From Botryllus schlosseri (Eukaryota), in assembly GCA_051294905.1 (NCBI GenBank), contig CM119371.1, positions 2,792,001-2,856,000 of the forward strand: a stretch of DNA of 64,000 nucleotides. The letters are read 5' to 3'. Below are positions 42,777-53,803 of the stretch, in pieces. The notes under the pieces were generated by a model. The model ran no database searches and was not told the origin of the DNA. It saw only the letters and a program-made list of their open reading frames with translations. Within the stretch, counting starts at the first letter, position 1; every line of letters starts with the position of its first letter. The position numbers and the translations under genes are program-made.

Positions 42777-42881
42777 TTCCCAATCCAATTTTCCAGATAG
42801 CGATTCAATCCGACGATGTCCGAGAAGTGAACGCATTGCTTTAGCTGAGAAATTATTGCGACGCAAATCCACTTTCTTCAC
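42777..42881 (-). CDS. Module A LRR exon (VKKVDLRRNNFSAKAMRSLLGHRRIESLSGKLDWE)
   Basis: 105 nt, phase 0-0, ttccag| and GAA|gtgaga; LxxLxLxxN-like motif continues in frame from ...KGIQ. Confidence 0.8.
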
Positions 42882-43517
42882 CTGGAATGATGAATGAAAT
42901 ACGAATACAATGTCTGCCAATATCATGTCAAACTAACAGAGCTTTGCACAGACGTATTCAGGGCATATTTTGGAAGCTGAGTATGTTCAGCATTATTGTG
43001 ATCCGCATGATAAAGGCAAACGACCGTAGGTTTAGAGCCACAGTCTTTTACTAATCCATTCAAACGGCTTCAATCAATTCTAGGAATACACCGTACTCTA
43101 TAATTGAGATTACGATTTGATTTCAGTAAATGACTGCGAATTTTATTCACTTTCAATTTAATTTTTGCAACCGAGGCGGCCAAAGTAGGATCAACTGTAA
43201 TTTGTAATTGAGCTGCATGTAATTATCAATATTTTTTCATATTACTTTAATTGTCATTGCAGCGTTTCTATTCTGTGTAATTGTAATTGTAATTTGATAA
43301 AAAATTTACTAATTACAATTTCACTTGCATTGTTATTGAAACCTGACAATCACAACATAAAATAATTAGCCCATTAACATGGGTGTTCTATGCGTACCTC
43401 GTTAACTAATTCAGCCATACTAAACTGTCAGTCTACTAAACTGTTCCCCATAGGCCAACTTCAGCTCCAATAGAAAACTTGGTGGATTACAATATAAGTT
43501 ATTGAACAAAATCTTAC

Positions 43518-43816
43518 TGGTCCGTGGACATATGAGCACGCGACATTACAGCATGCGAGACTTCGGCATGCGACAATTTGGCATGCGACACATGAGCATG
43601 TGGGTTAAATTACGAGTTAGGGTAGGTTAGGGTTGGATAGGGTTGGATTTATGGTTGGGTTAGGGTTAGGGGTTAGGTTAGGTTAGGTTAGGCTATGTTT
43701 CGGGTTAGGGTAAGTTTTTGGGTTATACAGTCACATGCTGAAGTGGCGCATGCTGATGTGTTCCATGCTGAACTGTCATTTTCCATTGTGTCGCATGCTA
43801 ATATGTCGGGCAACCA
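43518..43816. mobile_element. MITE with ~15-bp internal repeats and a telomere-like TTAGG(G) core
   Basis: Imperfect TIRs TGGTCCGTGGACATAT / ATATGTCGGGCAACCA; 6-bp TSD TCTTAC; gcatgcgac repeats mirrored on both arms. Confidence 0.8.
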
Positions 43817-44572
43817 TCTTACTATTTCATAAATGGACGAAAAGTTCTGTGCTGAACCATTTCCTACACCACGGTGCAGTGTTTTTTTAAATCTATTTCC
43901 GGTACTGAGGCATGTTGCAGCAATTGCAAAAAGAAATTCAAGTTTTCAACTAAGACTTCATCACGCTAGATCACACATTTGTAGAGATGTTATCCCTATC
44001 TTACCTCCTACCTTAGCTTAATTTACTGGGGCTAGAACCTTTCCGCATCCTAATGTTCATCAAATGCAGTCGAACAGTTTTGAGCAAGTGAAAATGTAAC
44101 TGCGAACCAAAATTTTGTAATTGGTAGTTATCAGCAGCTCTTTACTTTTGCATTCATTTTAATTTTACACACCTTATCGGTATCATCTTTATTGCCTTAC
44201 CAATTACATTTCATTCACCATACTCAGCTCTGAGTATTCGTTTGAGTACATTTCAATGTCTTGTCTTGTATGCTATTCGCTATTAGTCGTTGCCAGTCGC
44301 TCGAACTTATTAGTCGCTTATAAAAAAAATTCTTTTTTGTATTTTTCAGAGCTCATGATTAGGAATAGTTTGAATACGTTCAAGTTTGTTTTTCTAATTA
44401 AGGGATATTCTACGTAGTACGAATCATGAATGAAACATGAATAGCTTGAGATTGTTGCTAAATACGTCACTACAGTTGTCAAAGAGCACTTCTCTACCGA
44501 ATCAGTCAAACTTTCACCAGTAATTGTAATTATAATTGCTCTTACATGTTTAGCAGTAATTGTAATTGTAGT

Positions 44573-45459
44573 CAGGGTTCTAAAGACTCGAGTCACGAAT
44601 TTCTGATGACTCGACTTGACTCGAGTAATTTTCGCAAAATTCCGAAATGACTCGACTCAACTCGACTCAATCTGTGTATTGATTCGACTTGGACTCGAGT
44701 CATTACGCATGACTCGAGCCAAGTCATATGACTCGAGACTCGCCAAGCCAAGACCGACATTTCATTGTAATTTCAGAGCATAGTAAAGTGACCACACTAT
44801 TTGGATTTCGCCTATTGGTACTGGTACTTGAAAATGCGATCAAAAACTGCTACAAGTGAGGAAATTTAATATATTATGAATGCGAACCATTTGATATCAA
44901 CAAACTGGGATAGCGACAAGATAGCGTAATGGTTAAGCGTCCGGCTTCTTGATCGGTAGGTCGTGGGTTCGATTCCGTGCCGGGTCAGACCGAACACCTG
45001 ATTAGTAACATTGGTATCCATGGCTTCCCTGCTTGGCGCTCATGCATTACTGGGATAGCATGGAGGGGTGGTGCATGACTTAGAAAGCCGTAAAGGCTCT
45101 ATCTGCACTTCCTTGTCCAGCGGCCTATGCACATCATGCACTCATGGTATACATATGCGCAGATTGTGTGTATGTGTATCATGAGTCGGTGTATATGCCG
45201 CAAAAAACATCAAGGACAAAAATTAACTACGTCTTTTTTTTTCCTTATAATAAGTGGGTTACCAAGAATTTAACCGGAAGCTGAGAAGTCAACACAATGA
45301 CTTGGACTTGAGTCATAATGCCATGACTCGGACCCCACCCTTTGATCACTCCCTTGGACTCGGTCGTGAGTTGAAAATTACTCGACTTGACTCGAGTCAA
45401 AACTATGAAAATAAAATTACCTTTTTACTCAGATCCATTGTGACTAGGTTACAACTCTG
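44573..45459. mobile_element. hAT-type MITE with GACTC/GACTT repeats, carrying a SINE
   Basis: Ends CAGGGTTCTAA / TTACAACTCTG; TSD ATTGTAGT; related gact-rich arms at ~21800-21950, ~32220-32400 and ~38630-38790. Confidence 0.82.
44913..45210 (+). mobile_element. tRNA-derived SINE (central part resembles the MetaSINE core)
   Basis: A box TAGCGTAATGG (44922) and B box GGTTCGATTCC (44966), then cgggtcagacc..ttggtatccatggcttccctgcttggcgctca; family assignment is from recollection of the consensus. Confidence 0.75.
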
Positions 45460-46761
45460 ATTGTAGTTGTTATTTGATATTTCTAGCATAGAGTAATTGT
45501 AATCATAATGAAATTAAAACATGAAATAGAGTAATTGCAATTGAAATTGAATTGATCCAACTCTGGAGGTGGCCCTATATTTAAATTAATACAAAGTGTA
45601 CTAAATTGCGCGTAGCGCCGAGAAAAAATTCAGTAGCATAAATCTGCTATTATTGTTTATGTTTATTTGGAAAAAGATTTTCAGAGTACTTCAAGCCTTC
45701 AAAATAATGGACTTTGAGGCATATATTAAAATGTCCTTCCAGACACAACGTGAACAGTGAAATTCCGAACATGCCCCGGAAAATCCAGACGTATGGAAAT
45801 CCTAATAACTTGAGAATTTCGGACAATCATCCGTGCGCGCAAGAGGAATGCTATTGTGATGCAACGATGCGTTCGGAAAATACACACACCGCACTGCGAT
45901 GATCTAAATCAGCGGTGTCGAAGAGATCGAATGTTGAGTAATATTGATGTGCCAAATTACACCCACTCTAGTGGCAAAATGTGCGCACTGAGTTTACAGG
46001 TTTATGTAAAAATGTATCGCAAAGTAGTTCCACATAGAGGGGAAAAATATAGTTCCGATATCTGTTTCGCAGCGCTATGTAAGTTTGGGGTCAAACGGTC
46101 CCTGGTCCCCAAACCAAATTCCAACGTCTTCGTTTAGCCTAGCAGTGGTTCCCAACCTTTTTCGACCCATCGATCACTTATCAAGCTCAACACCGATCAT
46201 CGTCCCCAAAATTTTGTGTACCAAAAAATTGCCATACAAACTGTAATCACCGGCGGGTGGACTGAAGTAATAAAAAAAGAGCTCAACTTTTTAGCTCGAT
46301 GTCGAATTTGACAATTTTGCTGCTTCATAATAAAGTAGTACATTAGAAAATAGGACATTGGATTTGTGGTAACATTTTGGAAGAATTTGACTGGTCCAGC
46401 CAACGAGCTACCTGTAGGTTTGAATCCAGCCTGCGACGCCAGTTGAGTTTGACCACCCTGATTTCAATCCTACTCTCATATCAAGACTCCAGCATTAAAT
46501 AGGAAATATGTCTGAAGATGGGAAAACTAGTATTCGATGCACGATGCGATTTTAGTTGACGAATAGGCTAACCTGCTTTTTTCTCCTGTGACCTATATAG
46601 TCCACCGCTGGCAGACACTCTAATTATAGTGGACGGCCTTGAATTCGCATGTTGATTATACGGTCCTTAGACATGGCACCCGCTCGAGTCGGACATGCGA
46701 CTTTAATAGCCTATACCTACCGAGCGACATATCAATTCAAGTGTGTTATGCTTGAACTCAC

Positions 46762-47066
46762 TTGTATCCCTTTTTCCAGACTCCCGGTAATGATCGCCAA
46801 AAGATCATCATTAATGTTGCAGTTGCGTAAATTCAAGCAATCCAGACTTTCACTCCTTACTGCAAGCGATCCGACGATATGAGCCTCATCGCGACTCAGT
46901 GAGATCTTGGATGCATCGATATCGGAAATTCGTCTCATAAGAGCGTCGTCTCCTGATTCATAGATTGCTGTATACAGTTCCATGCGAACGTGCTTGTCCT
47001 CCTTGTTCTTGAGTTGCGAACGTATCGATCCACCAAGAATTTGTTTTTTCAGCGACTGATTTGAGA
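46762..47066 (-). CDS. NLR exon: helical linker plus first leucine-rich repeats
   Basis: ttgacag| acceptor (phase 1) and ATACAA|gtgagt donor (phase 0). Encodes MELYTAIYESGD (HD2-like) and LDCLNLRNCNINDDLLAII (ribonuclease-inhibitor-type LRR). Confidence 0.88.
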
Positions 47067-47823
47067 CTGTCAATCAAATAATGCACCTCACTATATCATA
47101 TTACAATCGAGTAAAGAGATATAACAGTTTTCACAGAGGCACATCCAAGTGGTATAATGGAAGGCATATTTGCTCACAAATGTACGCCTGTTTTCACAGC
47201 GACACAATGAATCCATGAAGTATGTCATTGTTGTTAAATATAGAACCTAATGTTGTACCGTTCAAATTTCCAATTGCCTGTCACAGATCTTTCGGCTGCC
47301 TATGCGACATTATGTACGCAGTCCGACAGAAAATGAAACAGTTCTGATTGGATTGATCTCTTACTGCATTGTGACAATAGTGCGACAGAGCATGAATGCA
47401 ATAAGCTCGTTGGATCTGTGCCCACCATACTGTCAAGCGTTAGAAATTGATTTTTCTACATTCAAATCCATCGAAATTCTTTTGCAACTTCGCAAAATAT
47501 ATAATTATAACCACTATCGAATGTAAACATAGAATGGCCACGAACAAATGGCTAATTATGTCGAGCGATTGTTCGGAACAATGAACGGTCACACTTAGTA
47601 ACCCGGACTCAAAGCCTAAGACTTAACTAACATTTGAATTACTCCGATACTTGAAATATGACAAGACCAAACTCGCTCTTAGAGACGGATAATTCAAATT
47701 GTGTTTAATTGGAGTTTTCTTATGTATTCATATCTTATCATAAGATTTTGCAAGTAGCTTGTAATCGTCTTTCGTCGTCATGTGGCTGGCAAATGAATGA
47801 CTGCAATCCAGGATGCGATGTGA

Positions 47824-48100
47824 CGGGGGAGATAATGTAGTGGTTACGATAAGCACCCACCAAGCAGACGAACCGGGTTCGATTCCCGTCGGAGGTTTAG
47901 CTGGGGTCCTCTTCCCCTGACGTTGCCGTTCTTACGGTGACAAAAAAAGCGCAGAAAAAGACCCGACGAAGAAAGCACTCACAAGGAATGGAAAGAACTA
48001 ATAGAAAGGGCCGCGGCATCCAAAAAAAAAACATCAAGAAGCACTGACATCGGACACTCTAGGCCGAGGAGGATGTTAGAGTAAAGGCTCGTTACTGATG
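47824..48100 (+). mobile_element. tRNA-derived SINE or tRNA pseudogene head
   Basis: A box TAATGTAGTGG (47833) and B box GGTTCGATTCC (47876); no clean cloverleaf; 3' end approximate. Confidence 0.6.
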
Positions 48101-48235
48101 CGTTTCGCTCGACATCCTCCTATCTGTTCATGACATCGCATTATGTCTTATCATATTGTGTGTGACTAGATCAGATGAAGAATATAACCCAACGATGCTA
48201 TGTTATCTAACCTATCAGTGCCTATCAGTGCAGTC

Positions 48236-48770
48236 GGGGGGGGGGGGGGATGTCAGGCAGGCATCAATGTCAGTTTGTTAAAAGCGATATGTAGTATACT
48301 GCTAAAAAAAGTAGGAAAATCTGGCATAGGCATGAAAAGTGTCAGTGAAAATATCACCGTAATATAATTCTGTTTTGTGGGTTTCGCAATTTACAAATGA
48401 CCAATACGCTTTACTGCATCCAATCCGCCTTGAAATTGAAGCGATAATGTTCTCAGTAAACGTAATCAGGAATTAAATATCATACTACTGCAGTCAATCA
48501 AGCGAGGGGGGGGGGATGTCAGGCAGGCATCAATGTCAGTTTGTTAAAAGCGATATGTAGTATACTGCTAAAAAAGTAGGAAAATCTGGCATAGGCATGA
48601 AAAGTGTCAGTGAAAATATCACCGTAATATAATTCTGTTTTGTGGGTTTCGCAATTTACAAATGACCAATACGCTTTACTGCATCCAATCCGCCTTGAAA
48701 TTGAAGCGATAATGTTCTCAGTAAACGTAATCAGGAATTAAATATCATACTACTGCAGTCAATCAAGCGA
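48236..48770. repeat. Near-identical tandem duplication of ~265 bp
   Basis: poly-G+atgtcaggcaggcatc...cagtcaatcaagcga occurs twice; the differences seen are homopolymer lengths. Confidence 0.92.
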
Positions 48771-48897
48771 AGGCATCGGGATAAATATAGCCTACTACGG
48801 TAACATACGTTTCATACCTATTTGTTTTACAGCTTCCAGGGTCTTGGAAGTAGCGGGAATACGATCATGAAAAACGATATTCTCCGACGAGACTCAC

Positions 48898-50340
48898 CTT
48901 CATAAAGATTATCCGGTGTTTCGTCATAAATGAGGCCGCAAACGAATCTGCGGACGACCGACCATCGCTCTTTGTGCAAGTGTATAGAGTTGAAGCTAAT
49001 GAACTTTGTAAGAGTCATTTCGACAATAAGTCCCGCTGCGAGGAATTCCTGGAGACTTTGATGGCAGAAGAAGAAAATGAAACTGCCATCCAACACTTTA
49101 GAACTAAGGAGGTTATTTCCTGGAACCTTCATCATGAGATCTCGAACTTCTTCTTTTGAAAGTCCAAACTTATTCAAATGATTTTCTGAGAATGTCACTC
49201 TCCCTTCTTTCATGCCACGATATGCCATCGCTTTCAATTTATTGATGACTCCGGCGATAGCATCAGCTTGAGTAATATTGTTCACGCTGCTTAGATTGGA
49301 CATAATTTTTTTGTACAGTCCTGTAACCGTCTTAGGAGGAGGTTTGTCCGGATTCTTGGCCATGATCACTGCGGTTAAGACCAGAAAAACGGGAATGGAA
49401 ACTAAATTGATCAGCCTTGGTGACATCGTTTCTATCTTCTTCCATGCTTCATCCCCATGTCGACGTAACAAAAGCACAAAAAGTGTCTTTGCGTCATCTA
49501 GAGTCAGACCAGAAAGTGTGATGATGTCGGCTGGTCGGGCTTTCACGGGTAAATCCGAGACTTGGAATTCTCGGGAAGAGATGACGATCTTTGTATCAGC
49601 GAGTAGATTACGTGAGAGGATGTTGTACATGATCGTTTTTGCTTTGGCTTTACTATACGGATTTATGTCCTCGTTACCATCTCTTTTGATTTTCCAAGTA
49701 GCCTGATCCAAGCCGTCGAAAAATAAAACTGCTTCTGATTGATGTTCGAGCAACCACCAATACGCATAATCCTCGTCGATCTCGTTCTGAAAGAGGCCAT
49801 CGAAAAGAAATTTAGATGGTTTTATGAGTCCTTTATGTCGCATGCCTTTTATTTCTATATAACGTATCAATTTGTACTTTAGCTGAGAGGGGCTTGCAAT
49901 GGTTTCTGTATTCGTAAGTGAATCGCCTACAGCTTTTCTAGCGATTCTACGCATGAGAGTGGTTTTCCCAGATCCCGCAGACGCCACAATGGCGGTGATA
50001 GAACTTTTCTCGTTGATGAATTGTTCCAAAACTTTATCTAGCTCGATAAATTTGTTGTCGTCAACGTTTTGTCGGAGGAATCCAAACTCTTTTCTGAACT
50101 CATTTTTCACCACCTCTTTCTTTTTCCAGAAGAATAGTTTCCTTTTTACTGCGACTTCCATTTCGTGTACCTCTTCATAATTGCCTTTGAAATATTCTGA
50201 CTTAGTGACTCTTCTCATCTGGGGATGTACTTGGAAATTAGGCTTGCTGAGGTCGTCGGCGCCGATGTCTTCGAGAATTTTGTCCGCCGTCTTTTGGTAC
50301 GCATTGTCGTTTATGCATTTTATCAGGGCTGAAGCTTTTT
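48898..50340 (-). CDS. NACHT NTPase exon of an NLR-like protein
   Basis: Open 1443-nt exon (ttttgcag| acceptor, GAAG|gtgagt donor) overlapping the 463-aa ORF. Walker A ASAGSGKTT, Walker B VLFFDGLDQ, sensor-1 IVISSR, IPVFL motif and winged-helix FFFCHQSLQEFLAA. Confidence 0.93.
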
Positions 50341-53005
50341 CTGCAAAATAACAATATTCTTTCCTAATTATATTTTATGAATAGAAATGATCGGACAAAA
50401 GCTAATACTTTATATAACCAGTATATTATAATATAACTAGGAATTCAAGAAAGATATAGAGATTTATATTGTGGATATTGCAGAATCTAGTGCTGTGGTT
50501 CTCAAACTTTGTTCAGTTATGGCCCATTTTCCGGTTTTAAAACGTCATGTGGCCCACCTTTTATCTTAGAGTCATAGTCCTGTTCAATGCGCGGTAATCG
50601 CCGCCGCTGATTTGTCTAAAATATGTGCATTACGGCTGTTCAAAAATAACTTTTTTTTTTTATTCCAGGCATTCACTGATTAATTTGTCAGATTACCCTA
50701 AAAAACGCTGCACAACAAATTTGGTTCAATTCTAACAAGTATAAGACTCCTCAGATCCAATTAAAAAATTTAGTTTATTAGGGAAAATGAAAAAAAAATC
50801 AGATTTTTCTGTCAACCCCATGAAATTGTTGAGCTGTCTTCAAGGACGAGGCAAAACAAATTTGACTTGATTCCTACTGGTACAAGCGGAGTTATTCGAG
50901 TTTTTCGTTGATAATTTTCGGATTATCTACCAATCAAGGATAATCCGAGAATTATCAACGAAAAACTCAAATAACTCGACTTCCACCAGTTGGAATTGAA
51001 ATGCGGCCGTAAATAGCAAAACATTTGGCCACCCCTGATCTGGGCACTCATGAAATCGCACTGAGCGCGACGAAAAGTTTTGAATTTAGTAAATATCCTT
51101 CAACAAACGACCAACAAAATAATTTTGGACCACTTTGCGCTAGCCTAATTAGAAATTTGGGGTGTGGCATTATGGCCACCCGCTGTTCCACTCGCGTTGC
51201 GCAAACCAATGATCTAATCCCCGCTATGTGATTGGGGTTTTAGTTCTACTATGGTGGAGGATAATATAGCCATTGTGTGCCTGCTTTTAAACAATTCTTT
51301 GGCGAATGGCATAGTACAGAGAAGTGGAGAAAGATTTTTAATATGCAAATACGCAAGCGGTACAATGTAGGGGAGAGGAGGCCAAGATGAGACTTGGGGC
51401 AAGATGAGACATGCAATTTTTTCATAGGAAAATTTTCTGATGGACAGATTCCTTCAACTGTGTTGTTCCCATAATGTCATTCTATAGTCCTACCATATTA
51501 ACAAGGCAAACAGATTTGAGTTTGGGCATAAAAATACCCGAAACTATATTTTCATAGTCTATATCAGTCATGTGTATTCATGTTTGTAAGGGCAAGGGCA
51601 TATCCATCATAATACTTCATATTATGAAACAACATTACTGGAGCTGTTTGAGTTCAATATTAGCAGTGTAATCATGCACTTACCTCTGAAAAGTTATAGA
51701 CAGAATTTTTATATTCAAGTTTATGCAATAATTGAGGTGTGGTGGTAAGATGAGACAAAACCACGGGGGTAAGTTGAGACATGGGTATCAGGCTTTTCTA
51801 TTGAAGGCCTCGCAAGCTTCAAAATTTACTGTTGAAGGCACACAAAATGTAATTTTCGGCGGTCTCGCCTGGGCGTTCGTGAAATGGGAAACTATTGCAA
51901 ATTTAAACGACAGAATCACCGTAATTTTCCGAATATAGTGCGCCCCCATGTATAATACGCATCCTTAAATTAGCGTGTAAATTCTGGGGTAAGCCTATAC
52001 CCATGTATATACGCACCATGCATTCGCAGTACATGAATAGTTTTGTTTTAGTATATGATGTTGTTCTGTTTTGCGATGTCACTGTCGAACAATCATGACA
52101 TAACCATTTCTAATCATAATACAATTACCGGCATTGTCTCTAAACGAGAGTAGATAGTCGCCAAAGCCTGCGAGGCGGGCGACGAGATATAGTTCAGGCT
52201 AGCGACACGACATCTTCTGCACGAGGCCTATTACAATTACAGATGCGATTACTCAGGCCAACGGTTATGTCGGGCGCACCAATCCTGTTGGAGATGCGAC
52301 TGATAACGAAAGCGATTAAATCTTGCGCACATGGCCTCTTGTCTATGCGAGTGTTAAGGCCTGTCGTTGATGCGACGAATCAGCAAGGATTGCCGCTCAC
52401 GCTTGTAGCAATCAGCGACCTAATTTCGCTCGCGCACAAACGGCAACCTACCTCAGCAAGAGATCCCGTGCTGTGCAGACGACTCTCTTTTCAAGGCTTG
52501 CTGTACCCATGTATAATACGCACCCCCCTATTTTAGGTCAAAATAACATTTTTATACCATTTTTTTAAATCACTCCTTTACATTTTTACACAATATTTGA
52601 TGAAGTTTCAGTAAAAATTGGCATGAAAAATAGAGGAAAGTTGCAAAAAGTTGCACTATAAAATCCCTCCAAACAACTTAAAACATTAAAGTAAACAGAT
52701 TTCGAGTATCTAGGAAGCTGTTGGAGGTTGTAAAAAAAAGTTGCAAAAGTTGCTAAAACTTGCTCTGATAATTTATTCATGTAAAATGAATTGCACATAC
52801 TTTTAGGGCAGAGATAATAAAGTGGGATTAGCAATGAAGTCGATCACCGCGTTCTTCAGGATTTATCAACCCAGGATCAAGGAAACTGGTTGATCGCAGC
52901 GCATAAAGTTAGTGTGAATCTCATGATTTAACAAACCGGAACAAACTATAGATAACAGTTATCTATAAAAGCTGCGTATACTCCGTATCATTCCTACGCA
53001 CATAT

Positions 53006-53259
53006 CGTCGCAGTAGAATCAAAGTGACTTATGTCCATTTTACACATTTTGAGAAGATTGACTTCATGTAAAGTTTTCATCTTCTTTCAGTTATACATTA
53101 GCCCTGATTAACTTAGAATTATTAAAACAGACATAACCATGGCCACGATATGGCCGAAGAAAATTGCAAATTTTTCATGAACTTGATTTTTTCAAGTTTT
53201 AGAAATGGACATTCACAATTTGAGAACTGGACATAAGTCACTTTGATTCCACTGCGACG
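53006..53259. mobile_element. MITE with ~32-bp TIRs and 4-bp TSD (Sola-like)
   Basis: CGTCGCAGTAGAATCAAAGTGACTTATGTCCA / TGGACATAAGTCACTTTGATTCCACTGCGACG flanked by ATAT. Confidence 0.8.
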
Positions 53260-53679
53260 ATATATTTCCGATATTGACCACGCCTACTGTCTCCTAGGTA
53301 ATAGCTAAGAAATCAACGAATTATGTGCCCACCAATGCAAAGCGATATCAATATTCTATAAGCCGTTTCCTAACTGTACCGTACTAATTAGACACGACTT
53401 TCATTTCGCGATGATGATAATTCTACCTATTACAGTGGTAGTATCGTTATCAGCATGCTGCTGCTTCATTCAACAAAATGACAACTGACAGCCTATAACG
53501 TGTTTTCGCATTATGATGCAACACACAACGCCGCTTGTTTGAACACTCTTGACACCTTAATCAAAGACAAGCCTAGGACTAATTATTATTCTCCCCGATC
53601 AGCAAACTTTCTTATCTTTCCCCTTAAGATTGCAAAATCCCTTTAAAATACTACCATCACAATACTACCATCACATTAC

Positions 53680-53803
53680 CTTGGGTTAATTTCTTCAAAA
53701 TGTTTTGAAATAAGTATTTTATCCCGTAGTAAATAGCGTGTTGACATCGAAGAAAGAGGAACTGCTCCACTTTTGAAAGTGAGAGTGAGGGCCATTTGTA
53801 CAT
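53680..53803 (-). CDS. Putative first coding exon of the NLR gene (MYKWPSLSLSKVEQFLFLRCQHAIYYGIKYLFQNILKKLTQ)
   Basis: ATG at 53803 with an upstream in-frame TGA; 41 codons+1 nt ending CAAG|gtaatg. The phase-1 donor fits the phase-1 acceptor of the NACHT exon (G+AA = Glu, then KASALIKC). No homology support. Confidence 0.45.

Larger units (their letters stand above)
13267..42890. repeat. Tandem segmental triplication (units ~13267-19880, ~19881-30328, ~30329-42890)
   Basis: Colinear landmarks recur three times: ttgaactaattgctttcgga at ~13272/19882/30330, acaagagaaaacgaattagcacagtccg at ~15245/20838/31268, and aaaatcaaatagtggaat at ~17089/26119/33706, plus the exon pairs. Confidence 0.93.
7472..53803 (-). 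other. NLR-like (NACHT-LRR) gene locus with shared 5' exons and four alternative 3' exon-pair modules
   Basis: All junctions are GT-AG and phase-compatible (1,1,0,0). Shared exons of 124+1443+305 nt give 624 codons; predicted isoforms are ~707 (A), 695 (B), 708 (C) and 749 aa (D). No second NACHT exon lies between the modules. Confidence 0.7.

Noticed and set aside
43615..43715. True telomere or chromosome fusion scar
   Set aside because: Short, degenerate and enclosed by TIRs and a TSD, so part of a MITE.
44913..44985. Possible tRNA gene
   Set aside because: A and B boxes are present, but the acceptor stem does not pair and a SINE-like body follows.
47824..47895. Possible tRNA gene
   Set aside because: Pol III boxes only; D and anticodon arms are degenerate, so treated as a SINE head or pseudogene.
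48974..50180. Plus-strand ORFs of 61-142 aa
   Set aside because: Antisense shadows of the NACHT exon with no motifs.
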